In this document: piece by piece, positions 1-15,261 of the stretch
Position numbering within the stretch: position 1 is the stretch's first letter
Layout: each line of letters opens with the position of its first letter
Assembly: GCF_009834535.1 (NCBI RefSeq)
Contig: NC_045697.1
Span: 36,458,001 to 36,522,000, forward strand
Direction: 5' to 3'
DNA: 64,000 bases
Origin: Camelus ferus
Taxonomy: Eukaryota
The notes under the pieces: generated by a model
Told to the model about the DNA's origin: nothing
What the model saw: the letters and a program-made list of their open reading frames with translations, nothing else
Database searches by the model: none
Made by a program: the position numbers and the translations under genes

Positions 1-91
1 AAAGCAGCTCAAGTCTGGAGTCTTTCTGCATTTCCTCTAGGGTCTGCATTGTCTTTAGATTATTTTCCTGTTAATAATCTGGTTTCTAGCA

Positions 92-652
92 CAGCAACTA
101 TCAAACTTTTTCGTCACAGACCTCTTTAGACTCTTAAAAGTTAACTGCAGACCTGAAAGAGCTTTTGTTTATTTGTATTATATCTAATTTTCAGTAAAAA
201 GTAGAACTGATAGATTAAAATATTATATTTCAAATATTTTTAGAGATACGTAATAAGCCCATTATGTATTAATATTAAGACAACATTTTTATGAAAAATA
301 ACTTAATTTTTCCAGAATAACCAAAGCCATTTAGTGCAAAGAATGGCCTTGTTGTACACTTTCACAGCTCTCTTTACTGTGTGGCCTTGTTGTACACTTT
401 CGCAGCTCTCTTTACTTTGTGGCTTAAAAGAAAAAAAACTGGATTCTCTTACTTGCTTCTTCATTAATCTGTTGTGATTTCACATGTTATGTAGCCCCTG
501 GAAAAACTTCATTGAACATTTGTAAGAGAATGAACGTGAAAATGGCAAATAACATTCTAGTGCTTTTATAAAAGGAGTTTTGACCTTCCTGATTCCTAGA
601 AGGGCCTGAGGGACCCCTTAGGAAGCTCCAGATAACACTTTGAGAACTGCTG
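92..652 (+). mobile_element. hAT-Charlie DNA transposon remnant (Charlie1b-like)
   Basis: CAG...TCAAACT start and CACTTTGAGAACTGCTG end; body resembles recalled Charlie1 consensus. Confidence 0.75.
344..419 (+). repeat. 38-bp tandem duplication (2 copies, 2 mismatches) inside the Charlie element
   Basis: TGGCCTTGTTGTACACTTTCRCAGCTCTCTTTACTKTG at 344-381 and 382-419. Confidence 0.95.
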
Positions 653-1948
653 ATTTGGCAGAATCATGGCTTGAATTGGATGAATATTATATGCACCCTT
701 GAGGAAGTACTATTGTGTCCCTTTATTTGAGAAGCTATTCTGTGAATAACATTTATTAAGCTAATTTTATAGTTCCATGAAGAATTTTAATAGCAAATCT
801 GCATATTAACTGATGCTGTTTGCCAAAAATGTAAACATTTCAGAAATGTATTTTCTAAAAGTACCTTTTGAAAAATAATTTCTTGAAGTTTTTGAGAACT
901 GTACTCATTTTCTATTTTGTTGCATTTTCCTATATTAAAAAAAAACCCCAACAGTCTACCAGTGTTTTCAGTAAACTCAAAATAGGGAATAATGCTAATT
1001 ATCTGTAATGAGCAGTATTTTTTGGCACAATTAAAATTAATTTAAATGTAAGTTTAATAGAAATTAAAAGCCTCTTTGGGATATTGATTTTTGAATGTCT
1101 TTTTTTCCCCAGAGATGCTCCCTTTATAAGACTTATATTTTAATACACCATAGATGCTGTCTTTTATAGAATTTAATTATGGTTTAGTATTTGGTTTTTG
1201 TTTGTGCTTGTCTTTCAGTTATTTTTCCATTAGATATGAGTTTATAGAAATTAATTCCTTTACAAGTTATTTGTAAAAAATACTAATATTTCTATCAGAG
1301 ATACTTTTATTTGTCTAACAGAATTTTTTTCTGTAGGCTTTTAGATTATTTTATAAATTAGAGGATTAAGAGATCCTAATAAAGATAAAATAGTTTATCT
1401 GTGTTATAGTTAACATAAAATTATCTTTTTTACTTTTTAGGTATGGAGTATGCTGATAACTTTTTTTGTTGCTTTAAGTTTTGTGACTTAAGTACCTTTT
1501 AACATTTTTTTTCTTCAGAGTTACTTCCATCCCTTTTTATACCTTTGTGATTAATCATTGTACAGTTTTAAGAAATACTTTTATGGTATTCTACTGTTTA
1601 TTTTTTTAAGGGTAGATGGCACATGATGTGTGTGTATATATAATATTAAAAATACTGATATATAGAAAAGCATGTGGTGGAAGGTAGTAGTATCTAAAGA
1701 TTTTTATAAACCTTGACTTTTTGTACTCAGTTATTTTTGTGCAGAACTTACTTACGAGCTTGATGGCTTTAAAGTAGAAGTTGATGAGACTTAAGGAAAG
1801 TGATCAGACTTACCTATTTGTAACATAGTAGTGTTGATGAAATTTGCAATTTCCAAGTGAGAAATAGGAAACATAGTTCACATAGTTCTCCTGTGCTTTT
1901 TTTTTATTTCATTTGAACTTAATAGAGATGTGATAGGTAGTTACTGTA

Positions 1949-2405
1949 TGTATCAGTTAGCTCTTGCTCCATAACAAATTACTGTAGAACATAATTGCTT
2001 AAAACAACATACATTTATTATTGAACAGTGTTTGTTGGGGCAGCTTAGCTGGTCCTCTGCTTCAAGGGCTCTCACCCACTAAGATAATCACATCAAAAGT
2101 TTAGCTAAGAAAGGACTCATGACCTCTGTTGAAAAGATTGACTTCCTCTCCAATGTGGCAGCTTTCTTCAACAAAGCATGAATTCTGAGAACACAATAGA
2201 GGAAACCAGCAAAATAGATGTCACTGTCTTTTGCAACCTAGGCATGGAAGTGCCATCCCATCATTTTTGCTGTATTTTGTTTATTAGAAGTAAGTCATTA
2301 TATCCAGACCACACTCCAGAGGAAAATATAAGTATCAGAGGTATAAAAAGACATGAATACCACGAGGCGGGGATCACTGAAAGCCATGTCTGAGGCTGCC
2401 ATCAC
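1949..2405 (-). mobile_element. MaLR solo LTR (old MLT1 family)
   Basis: TGTATCAGTTAGCT...CATAACAAATTAC...GCTTAAAACAAC start and TCCCATCATTTTTGCTGTATTTT core typical of MLT1; boundaries approximate. Confidence 0.7.
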
Positions 2406-2847
2406 GTAACTTTTTTGCCTTGGTTATTCAGAGTAACAATGGGATACACTGAGAATAAGTTCATAGATAGTTTTTATTCAGTTTTTTAATTGAGTACAGA
2501 GCCTCTATTTTGTGAGAATTTAAAAAATATAGTTGAATTCCTTTTGATAAGACGTTTTACTGGTCTGCTGCCTTTCTGTCTTTGCTTCGGTTCCTTCAGT
2601 CCCCAAATAGGATTTCAGGTCCCCCAACCCCCATGCTTCTTTACATTTAAAAGTATATTACACACTGGAAAAGTTAAATCCTGTTCTCTTTCTTTTGAAG
2701 ACACCAGATAGTATAGGCTGTGATATAGCTGTGTTATTTTTTCAAAGTGTCACATGTTTTGTTTCATAAAAATTTCAAATGGAATTTATCTGTTCTGAAT
2801 ATTGAGGTGCTCAGCAGTGCAATTAGTCAAGAAGTTTGAATCTAATC

Positions 2848-3024
2848 CAGTGATTCTCAAAGTATGGTATCAGGTCAGCAACATCATCTCCTTGTTAGGA
2901 ATGTAAATTCTCTACTCCACTCCAGACCTACTGAATCAGCAGTTCTAGGGGAGGGTCCCAGCAGTCTGTGTTTTAACACTTTCTCTGGGTGATTGTGATT
3001 GTTGCTAAAGTTTCAAAACCACTA
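2848..3024. mobile_element. MER5A (hAT-Charlie MITE)
   Basis: CAGTGATTCTCAAAGT ... CCAGACCTACTGAATCAG ... AGTTTCAAAACCACTA; 8-bp TSD ATCTAATC / ATCTATTC. Confidence 0.88.
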
Positions 3025-5490
3025 ATCTATTCAGTCCCTTTAGAACTTGAATATTACTTTTCCAAAAGCTTTTGACCAGTACTAGAAATCTTACTTTTAC
3101 TACTGTATGCAAAGCTTTCCAGGAAAACAAACATTTTTTTCCTACTCACTTTACAGATAAAGGATATGGAAAAGAAACACAATACTTGCCTTGTGTATTT
3201 CAAGTCTGTTGGCTGAGCAGCACATCTGTTGGTGGGGAAAGTTGGGAGTGTTGCTGAAGGAGAGGACAGGGAATTTTGAGATGAACCTCTTTCCTTACAC
3301 AGTTTCTCTTTTGTTAATGAAAGTCAAATACCGAATAGTGATTTTTTTTTTCAGATGAGAATTATGTTAGTCTAACATATCACATTAAACTTTCTTAGTT
3401 GTATTTTAAAAACACATTTGCTAATTTTCAGAGAGTGGATTGTATAGTGTTTCATCAACTTTGAAGTTCTGTTTCAGTAAACATTTGCCAATAAAAATTT
3501 GCATTGAAATATCTTAGATGAAATAGAGATCTCACAAGAAGGGCCCTTTCTGGTTTTCATGCCAGCTTTCTGATGTGTAGATAATTATTTGCAAAGAAGA
3601 CATCTCTACCTGTCTGTGTAGCATAGTTTTTCTTTTTGTTCTTAATTCCTTCTAGTTGATTTCTAAAAAATCTGTCCTATGATACTGTTGTAGGAAGATT
3701 GAAATTAAAAGCAGAATGTGATTTTAACTACCTTTCATAGCATACTTAATAATTTGGTTATATCATTTATATTTATGTTTAGTGAAAGTTTGACAGTTTA
3801 CATGTTTTGAGGACTAAATTTTGAGAGGGCTGACTAGTATTTTCTTAGTTATTTTACATGAATTCACATTGTAGTTAGCTGCAGTGATGCATGTTGCTCG
3901 TGTAGTTACTGAAGTAGTTATTAGGATTATGGAGTGGGTTGCTGCATTTGGTATAGTTCTTTATCTTACACAACTGAGAAAATAGTCGTTTATTTAAATA
4001 GTTGTGAATTTAAATGTGAAAACTAGGTCACACAGTGAAGTTCAATAGTACTATAAAAAAATCTATACTGTTCTAAAGAAAATCAAATAATAGTGGATAT
4101 TAACAACATTTAATATGCTTTGCCTTCCTTAATTTCCCATTTAGTTTGGTGTCTGGGACTCTGCTAGTTTGTATTGTTTCCTGGATTCTTTAGCTTAGTT
4201 AAATAGGAAGCAGCGGGGTACTTTAGGATGGATGGGAACTACCATGAAGTGTAGCTCATTTTCATAGACTTGTGGAGGCCTAATGATTTTTGAAACATGA
4301 TGGCTGCCTTATATATCTTTTTCAGTCTTGTTGGTTTTGTAAGTTTAGCATATCCTTTTATTGCAAGGGTGGTTAAATAAGGTGTTTCATTCTCCATTTT
4401 AAGGCCACTTGCCACTTTAAGATCTCTCTGTATAAACCTCTTATTCTGGGAAAACATGCATAGAAAATTTAAAATAAATTATTAGCAGATGTTTCCATTG
4501 ACAAACATTTGAAAGCAATTTTTTTTCATTATCTTTTCCCATGCATTTAGTTAATGAATTAGATTACTTTTTCCTCTTTGGGAATAATTTTGGTGCAATT
4601 TTTAAGATTGGATTTAGTAAACCACTCTGATTTTATTGAAGTTATTTATGGTATACAATTTTTCATGAAAAAGTTTTTTTTTTTAATTTTCCTACTTAGA
4701 AATGTCATTTTAAATCTTCATACAAGAAATAATTTGCATGACATATATATTTTAAATTAGGATTTAAGGGCACTTTTGACCAGTATAAATTGAGAATGTT
4801 TATACATAGTTTATTTCTTAAAGTTTATAATATGCAAATGAGTGAGAGTCACTCAAATTAGTATTTACTTCTTCTTCTATAGAAAGTAAACTGTCCACAT
4901 TTATCTTAGTGTGCCCTTGGGGGTGTATATATATATGAATTGGCTATACCCCCATCTCTCTTCACACAAATCAAGGGAAATAATAGCCTTTCCCTACTCC
5001 TGTCAGTAATAGTAAAACAATTCAAATCAACACCTGAATGTCCCTCATAGCTTTACTAAAGCGAATATCCATCATCTTCAGAGTTACCTTGCACTACTTG
5101 CAGTATTGAGCCCACAGTTCACTTTCTTTATTAAACTGTTAAAATAACAAGATCAGACATTTATTATCAAACTTAGTGTTAATTTCATGGAGTTTGATAT
5201 TTGTGTATGCACAAGTGTGCTTTTTTTAACTAATGTCTCACTTTGTTTGTGATTACAACTAGTGGGGGAAGCCTTGTTATCAAGTTGTTAGACTGGGTTT
5301 TCATCAGGAAGTTGGATGTTACACTCGAATTGTTGATCCTCTGCAAGAAAACAGAATGCTGCTTTTGAGTGAATAAGCCAGGAAAATGAGGCGAGGGGTT
5401 TTATTTCAAAGTTTTCTTTGGTGATGGCATAAATACATAACAGGTTATGAAATCCAATTACTATATTAAATTTCATCACTTGTTTTTTAG

Positions 5491-5517
5491 GTATTCCAAT
5501 AACTGTACCACCTCCAG
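5491..5517 (+). CDS. FIP1L1: FIP1L1 27-nt alternative micro-exon, (G)IPITVPPP(G)
   Basis: tgttttttag|GTATTCCAATAACTGTACCACCTCCAG|gtaaaa; phase 1-1, in frame with the next exon; matches the recalled GIPITVPPP insert of some FIP1 isoforms. Confidence 0.85.
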
Positions 5518-5939
5518 GTAAAATTTTTTTCATGTTTTCTCCATCATTGTTAATAAACATGAAATTTCAAGCTTATAGTTACAGGAGGGACAGTGTTGAT
5601 GTGGTTAGAATATGGAATAGGCTTTTGGGATTTCAAGGTCCTATTTTCAGCTCTGCCTTGCTTCATTCCAGTTTTGATTAAGATATTTAGTTTTCTTATA
5701 CCTGTCTTACCCATTTCTGTAGAAATAGAGATTCTGAGAAAATTCTTGCCATATCAATTTATTGAAGAAAACAGAGTATAGTATATAAAATATTTTATTA
5801 AAAATTATTTTTTCAGACCAGTGAATTTTTTGTATGATAAAGTGACTGCAAGAGAAGAGAAAGATCATTTATCTTGACTTTATTATGTTTTCTAATTTTT
5901 TTTACCCTGCTGGCATAACTCAGTACTGTGAGAAAATGT

Positions 5940-6890
5940 GTTCTGGACCACACAATTAGATAGGTTGACAACTGGTCAGATGGTTGTTCTTAGAGCATGT
6001 GATTAAATTGTTCATTGTTGTAATGATATGATCAATATGAGTTTATATGTGGCCCAGTGTAGTTTTTCACATTTTTTCAGGTTTTTTTTTTTTTTGAAAG
6101 TGTGATGCAAATATGATAGCAAGTGTGTTTACTGAGTTCAGTATTAAAAGTCAAGAAGTATAAAGAGAATGAGAAGTGACAGTGCTTATTAGAAGGGTAG
6201 GTCTAAATTCAAAGTGACCTTGATAAACAAAATAGTGGAGTTCAGATAGCATGCGATAGTATATGTATTTAAATGTGGGATAGAGAGCACTGATTGTGTA
6301 TGAATGTGGCTGAAAAAGACTTAGCAGGAAAAGTCAAAGGAATCATTGGTGTGTCTTTTTAGGTTAAAGAGAAATGTGGTTGTAAGGCTGTATAAATAGG
6401 ACTGTGGACACTAGGACTAAAGTGGTAATTGCTAAATTTTACACTGCTAAGATGTTTAATAGAGGAGTTATAGAACCTAAAACTAGAAACAGTGAAGATG
6501 AGCATGGTGAATTGGAAACAACTTGAAGGAGGGCCAAAAATTGATTTTAGTGGACTTTTGAGAAGGGTTAGGATTACTGGGATTCGTTTTTACATAGAAC
6601 ACTAAAAAGGAGGCTTAGTTGAAGGGTTTTCAAGTATGTATTTCGATGGATTGCTTCTTGTCTTCATTCAGATCAGCATATGAATTGTAGTGTGAGAGAT
6701 TTATGTTATATAATTTAATACACTTTCTAATAGTGAGGGTTGTTAAAGCTTGGCAGGAATTGGTGTCATAAGGAATTAGTATCAAAAGTTGTAGAATCTT
6801 CAAGTCTTGTTGGGATGCTTTGTTGTCTATCTGAATTAGAAGGTGCAGAGAAGTTAACTGTTAAGGTCCCTTGTAGCGTATTCTGTGGTG
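5940..6890 (+). mobile_element. Ancient L3/CR1 LINE remnant
   Basis: Degenerate CR1-like 3' motifs (CACTTTCTAATAGTGAGGGTTGTTAA...AAGGTCCCTT); boundaries approximate. Confidence 0.55.
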
Positions 6891-7552
6891 TTTCATTTCA
6901 TGCCTTCGTTAGGTATTGTGAATTATTTAGAATGCAGACCTCATGATATAAAGGTGCAAATTATTTTCTTTCCAAACTCATTCAGAAACTACATTATGTG
7001 CTTTTCTTTGTAAAATAGTTCTTCAGGGTTGTGCTATTTAAAACATATTTTATGGTGGATGTTCTCAGCCTTAAGCATTTATATATTTACTGGTAAGATT
7101 TTATTTATAAATTATACATTTTAAGGAAATTTATACATCCGAAATTCAGAATATTTTTTGAAAGGTAAATGCTATTTTATTTGCTTTTCTTCTAAAATAT
7201 TTAAAGTATAACATACCTGTGGCAACACTACTACTGTTTTATATATGGAAAAGGTAAGGCATTGAGATTAACTTTCTCATACTGACAAAATGGGCTGTGT
7301 GTGGTGCTGAAAATAAGACCAGGTGTCCTGACTCCCAATTTGTGCTCTGTGTATTAGACCAGATTGTTCATTTATACTTATATTGCTCTAAAAATCTATT
7401 CATAATTTTAAGCTCCATTTTTTTTCTGTCCATTATAACATAGAGAAGCATGTTATGTCCCCAGAGAAATTTAGTGACACACAGCAACTTTAACTCTTAA
7501 CATTAAATGTACATTCTGTTAACTTTTTTTATTTTATGATTGAATGTTTCAG

Positions 7553-7607
7553 GTTTTCCTCCTCCACCAGGCGCTCCACCTCCATCTCTTATACCAACAA
7601 TAGAAAG
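7553..7607 (+). CDS. FIP1L1: FIP1L1 internal exon (55 nt), GFPPPPGAPPPSLIPTIES, proline-rich region
   Basis: tttcag| ... GAAAG|gtaaat; translation matches recalled FIP1 sequence. Confidence 0.96.
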
Positions 7608-8109
7608 GTAAATTAGTATGGATACTGTAAATTTTTATTATTGATAGGCTTTTGGCAGAAGAATCATATATATCTTGGTAATACTTCAAAGACTTAATTT
7701 TATAAACAATAGTACCTGCCTTTTAATTCATAAGTCTAAATCTATATTAGTTACTTTTATGTAAAATTTTAGACCTATAAGAACAAAACAGGACAGACAA
7801 AACTAAATAATAGTATTTTGAAATACCTTGCTTTGATTTATGACACTCTTATTAAAGAAACTCCTAGATGGGTGAAAACTTGGTTATAGTCAGTTTTATG
7901 GGAAATACAAGCAGATGACTAGTAATCATGAATAATGCATGTCTGTTTTAGGATTAAGTAAGGACAGCTATTATGAGGGACCATATAGTAAAGAAGAACT
8001 GCCTAAGTCCTTGCTACCCTACACAACTCAGCTTCCGCAAAGGCAGATCCCTTCTGCATAGCAATAGCCTTAATTTTTATACCCTGCACTTAGGATTTGT
8101 TATTTGGAA

Positions 8110-8358
8110 TGCTGTGGATAGCAATGCCATGTTTAACAGCATAGGCTTTGGAATCACACAGACCTGGTTCAGATTTTGGCTTCAAGATTTCCCAGTTTGG
8201 GGTTGCTAGGCAAGGTTCATAACTATTCACTGGGACTGTTTCCTCTTTACTGAATGAGATTGATAGAATTGTGAAGAATTACAACAGCTAGTGACTATAA
8301 AGCATCAGCACCATTCTTGGCAGTTAGAAACAACTAATAAATGGTGGCTATTATTATT
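8110..8358 (+). mobile_element. MIR SINE
   Basis: AGCATAGGCTTTGGAATCACACAGACCTGGTTC ... AATAAATGGTGGCTATTATTA. Confidence 0.75.
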
Positions 8359-8983
8359 TCCTCTTAAGTGGCAAATAAACTATTAAAATAGTGTATTTCT
8401 GAGAAAGTGATTCAAATTATATAAAAAGAAAAATTGTGAGAACTTTACATCAAGAGCATCAAACCATGAATATGATTTCCAAAAGAAATGAGAAAACTCA
8501 GTGAAGTGGGAATTGTGAGACTGTAAGGATTTAATTTTATTAAGTCCTTGTTAATCATATATTTGTTTTCTTAATCAAAATGTTAAAAAGTATTATTTGT
8601 AGATTCTGTCAGTAGGGCTGAATTTCTGGTTTTTAATTATTGAAGTCATTTTTTTTTAAGGCTAAATTTTAACTAAGTCTGAAATACTCTGTTAGCCTCA
8701 GTTTCTGTTATCTCATGAGTTGGCTGAGTTGGTTGGATTATTCATGTTTAATAGTACTAAACAAGCTATATCTTCTTTACAATGTGTTAGGTGTTAGGTT
8801 TAATTTTTTTGAGGTTAAAAAGCCTGGGTTTTTAGTTTTAAAAAATAAAATTATGGAATTACAGCTACCATTATATGATGGTTAAAGAAAACTCGTAATT
8901 CTGTCTTATGTTTTGCATTTGCACCAAATTATTAAAATTCAGAACTTACTTGCAACACATAAAAATACATTTTTCTTTAACAG

Positions 8984-9039
8984 TGGACATTCCTCTGGTT
9001 ATGACAGTCGTTCTGCACGTGCTTTTCCATATGGCAATG
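8984..9039 (+). CDS. FIP1L1: FIP1L1 internal exon (56 nt), GHSSGYDSRSARAFPYGN
   Basis: ttaacag| ... AATG|gtaagt; peptide visible in ORF 8913..9104; frame continuous with flanking exons. Confidence 0.96.
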
Positions 9040-9519
9040 GTAAGTGTTATTTTTTTAATTGCTCAGATTCAATTTTAATAAGTAAAGTGCATAAATACTT
9101 TTAAAGCAATAAAAACATACTTCCATGGTTTAAAATACTATCTTACAGTGCAATTTAAAAATATTAACTACAGGAATAACCAGGTCTTATGTACATTCCA
9201 GGTTGCTTAATGGTATACTTTTCTTTATCAACTATACTTTTAAAAACTAATAAAGATGACACGAGGGGTATTTATGCCTTGCCTTTTCCTAAAGGATTTA
9301 AAATTTATCTCCAAATTGTCCATCTTTGTTGTCCATAATCTTTATGTTTCTTGACTGATGACATCCAGCTAACCTCATCTTTCCACCCTCACTGGTTTAT
9401 TTTTCCTTCTAGATCATTTGGCCATGTCCTCTTTCATGGTCACTCTTGACAACTTTATCCATTCTAAGGGCTTCTGATACCACTTTCTGCTTAGATCTAT
9501 TGATCCACTTACTTATTTT

Positions 9520-10130
9520 AAAAATGCTGTGTATTATACTAGGTTTTAGGGATACAGTAAACTAGACATAAGTTTGCTTGCCTGCAGTGAATTTATAGGC
9601 TAGTGAAGAAACAACCAGATGACAGAAGATGGTGTCATAAGAGCATGGTGGCATGTTGGAGGGGTCTCCCAATCCCAACGAATGGAGTGTGGCTGATTTG
9701 ACTTGGGGTTCAAATCATGTTCAGAAACATGGGGCTGAGAGAGAGCATGGTAGGCTCTGTGAACTGAAAGAAGTATGGTGTGGGTGGAATGCATGGTGAA
9801 CATCTAGAGATGAGACAAATTGTGCAGGGCGTTTATAGCTGTGTCTTAGAGCTTAGACCTTGTTCAGAGGGCTCTGAGGGGCCATTTATTTTTATGCTGA
9901 GTTGTGTCATTGCTAGGTTTACATTTGAAAAGGGTCCATTCTGGCTACTTACTGTGAGAAAATTGTGGATTTGTAGGGAATGCCTGCTTGATTGGGAGAA
10001 CAAGAAGCTGTTGGAGTAATCCAGGGGAAGAAATGTATGGTCCTGTATTCAGTTAGTACCATGGGAGATGGAGAAAATTAGTGGTTCTAAAGGCATTTAT
10101 GCAGTAGAATTTATAAATATTGGTGAGAGA
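9520..10130. mobile_element. L2 LINE remnant
   Basis: L2-like motifs (CTAGGTTTTAGGGATACAGT, TTTGAAAAGGGTCCATTCTGGCT, GTAATCCAGG); boundaries approximate. Confidence 0.6.
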
Positions 10131-13084
10131 TCAGATCATAGTATCAGTCATATACTTTCAGTGACCTTCTAGGTATCTGTGTAAGTGTACTGTACTGTCG
10201 TCCTTCAGACCCACCTTGTTCAGGCCACATACTCCATTCATTCACATCAAGAGGTAGTGTTTCTGTTGACTTATTTGTTTTTAAGGTTATATCATTTCCC
10301 CAACGCCCCACCCCTGGGCTTCCAGGAAGTTGTATTCTTTGGGTTGGAATCTTGCTTCCCCCCTCATTATTTATGTGACTTTCATGGATCTTCAACCATT
10401 AAATCGAGAGCGTAATTCTTCCTCATAAGGTGAAGTTCAATGAGAATACATAGAAGCACCGAAGTCCTACCACTTAATAAACACTCTGTTTAGCTGTTAT
10501 TTTTATGATTCTCCCCACCATCTCCAGTAAGCTCTGAGTTCCCTCCCTTTTTTGCACTTTGAGGCAGTGTAGCATAATTGTTAAAGCAAAGGCCCTGCAG
10601 TTAGACAGCCTTGGTTTGGGTCCTGGGTCCATCTTATCTTAGTAACTTAGGATAAGTTAAAAAAGACGAAATCCTTTTTCTCATCTGTTAAAGTTTGAAT
10701 ATAAAGTACTCAGCACAGTTCCTGTAATATGTAAGTACTCGATAAGCTTTGCTTATTAAGTTAAATTTTATTTTTAACCTCTTTGGTAGCACTTGCAATT
10801 AAATTCTTTGTGTATTTGTTTCTGTACAAATGAACGTGAGGATTAGCCTACATCAGAAAGAATATGACTTTATTCTTGAAGTTATCTACATAATTTCCTT
10901 GTGGAAGATTTCATTTTTTGAAAAACGGCTGATTAAGCATTTAACCTTTTCTCAAAGTAATATATGCACATTTTAAATAAAAAATCAAGAGTTTTCTGTT
11001 CATTCTTTACCACCCCCAACTCCTCTCTCAGGTGGGGTGTTTTTTGGGTTCTTTTTTCTTTAATGAAGGACTTCAGTACCAACAATGATAAAGCATAGTG
11101 CAAGAATTAAGTAAAGTTAAAAGTTTTCTTTATCCTGTCAAAGCCTTGAAATGAAGATGATAAATACAGCTTCCTCTTTGTTAGTAATTTTGTGTCTTAC
11201 CTTTTTTTATTTCAGAATTTTATAATTCATCCTCAAACACTACTGTGTAACTATAGATGGAAATACTAATTTTTCTTGATGTGCATGTTAAGATTGTGCT
11301 TATAAAGTAATACCTAGTTAAAAAGTAATCTTTGTAGGAATATTAAAGAACTGTCTAGACAGACATTTTTAATGGTTTTTAGTTTTTCTGATGTTCTACA
11401 TGGCATTTCTGCATAAGCTTATTTTAACACTATTTCTTGATTATATAACTTTAGATACCATCTGTTGTCTTCCTAGTAGGATAGATGTGTATTTTGCTCA
11501 CTTACCATCACTGCTTCTCTCCTTTTCCCCACCAGTGTTTTTATTTACTTCTGTTTTTATTTACATACCTACCCTCTGTTTCTAAGCCTTTGTCTCCTTT
11601 TCCCACTCTGCCTCCCAGCTTTGATCAGCCACATTTCTTATATTCTGTCTTGTAACCAAAATTATCTGTACCCTGACATATTTTTTATTCTAAAAGCTAA
11701 ACAATAAGCCATATTTACATTATTATGGCTATGTAAATATTGTGTACTAGAGAGATAATTATACTCAAGCCCCTCAAAGGAGAAAGTTTCTGTGGCAAAT
11801 ACATAAAAATTATCATTTTTTCCTCTTATACTTTATCAGTTTGCAAAATCATACCACATTTTAATCGGGTTCATGATTGGACCGTGACTTTCTCTACTTC
11901 AAGTATATAAAGATTATTCTTCAGCACATTTTCCCCCCACAAAGTGTTCAAATTTTGTTTTTCATGTATGAGTTCTTAAGCCGTCTAGAATTAATTTTTG
12001 CCTACGTTATAAAGTAAAGATATAATTGTCCTAGTGTTATTTGTTAAGTAGTAGTGTCATCTCCATTCGTGTATCAACTTTCCCTGTATTCATGGATCTG
12101 TTTCTTAGCTTTCTGGACTATTCATTTGGTTAATTTAACTATCTCTGTGCTAATAATGCCACACTATCTTAATTTTGAGTTTTATAGGAAATCTGATACC
12201 TGGTTCAGCAAAATCTATTTACCTTATTCTGCTTCGGAAGTATCCTTAGGCCATTGCTCTTACTTACCTATTTTAGAGTCAACTTTGCAAGTTTCATGAA
12301 AAACTCTGTTAAGATTTTGATTCATAACTAACACTTATACTATGCTTACAATATGACAAACACTTGTTAATTCATGTAATCCTGACAGCCTTATAAATCA
12401 GGCATACTGTTATCCTCATTTTATGGGCTAGGGAATGGAAGAATAGCCAGATTAAATTACTTCCCCAATGTCACACAATTAGTGGCAGAGTCAGGATTTG
12501 AAACCGTGCAGCCTGGCTCCAGAGTTCTTTCTCCTACTATACCATATTGTTATTACATTGGTGCTGTAGACCAGTTTGTATGGAATTCATACCTTACAAC
12601 GTTGAGTCAATATGTGAACAAGGACTCTCTCTCCATTTAGGGAGATGTTCTTTAATGTGTCTCAGTTGAATGCTATAATTGTCCCCATATACATCTTGCA
12701 CATCTTTAGAGTTTGTTAGAGGTACCTAATGTTTTTGGTTCTAAATGGCATACTCATTTTCTGTTTGTATTTGCTTATATTTAGGAATATAATTTTTTCT
12801 ATGTAAAATAGGTATATATTGATCAGTACATATGCCGTTTACCTATTGAACTCTCACTATAATTTGTCTGTAAAGTCTCTTCAGGCAGTATCACCTACAG
12901 ATCCTTCCCTTTCAGATTCTTATTCCTCACCCTCAATCCCCTGTTTTTGGTCTTATTGTGCTGGCTAGGACCTCTATATGATGTTGAAGTACTGAAAGTT
13001 GAGTTCTTGTCTGGGACTGCCCCCCTCCTTTTTTAAGGAGATGCTTTTATATTTATGCTGCTAGATTTTTTTTTACTCTTAGGT

Positions 13085-14337
<1,253 letters not shown>

Positions 14338-15261
14338 TTACTCTTAGGTTTTTGATAGAACCCTATGTCAGAATAAGAAAAATCTCTTTTGGTCATGATT
14401 GGTTACTTTTTTTTTTTTTAAATAACCACTGATTTATTTAGGATTTTGACATCTATGTTCATATATAAGATTGGCCTGATTTTCCTTTATTTGTACTGTG
14501 CTTAACTGGTTTTGGTATTGAGGTTATACAAGCCACATGTGATAAGTAGGGGAATAATTTTTTTCCCCCTATTCTCTGGAAGTTTGTATAATATTAAAAT
14601 GATCTGTACCTTATAAGCTAGTAAAACTCACCTGTAAAAGCCATCTGGTATTATGGAAAGGTTTTAAATTACTGATTTAAAGTCTTTAGTAATTATAGGA
14701 CTATTCAAGATTTCTTTTTATTTTTGAGTCATTTTTGTTATTTATTTTTTGAGGAATTGATTTATTTCAACTAACTTTTTAAATGTGTTTGTGTAAAGTA
14801 TAGTATATTCTCTGTATTTCATCTCTGCAGTATCTGTTGTGGTCCCTTATTGGTTCTGATATTTTTATGTCTCTTTCTTAATCTCATTAGAAGATTATCA
14901 TATTTTATTTGTCTAGTCTTTAAAAACCAACTTTCAGCTTTATTTATTGTGTGGTAGTTTTCTACTCACTTGATTTCTACTTTTATATTATCTCCCTTCT
15001 GTTGGATTATTCTATTTTTTTCTAAGTTCTTAAGTTGGAAGCTTAATGCATTTACTTTCCATCTTTTCTAATGTAGTGTTTTTTTTTAAGATTAATTTTC
15101 CTCCAGAACAGTTTTCATCTCTAGCCTTTTGATACATAGTATTTTTGTTTATGTTTGATTTTTACATTATTTTAAATTTATGAATTTTTTGACCCCTGAG
15201 TTATCAGAAATATGTTTTAAATTTGAATTACATGGAGATTATTTTCCCATAACTTTAATTT

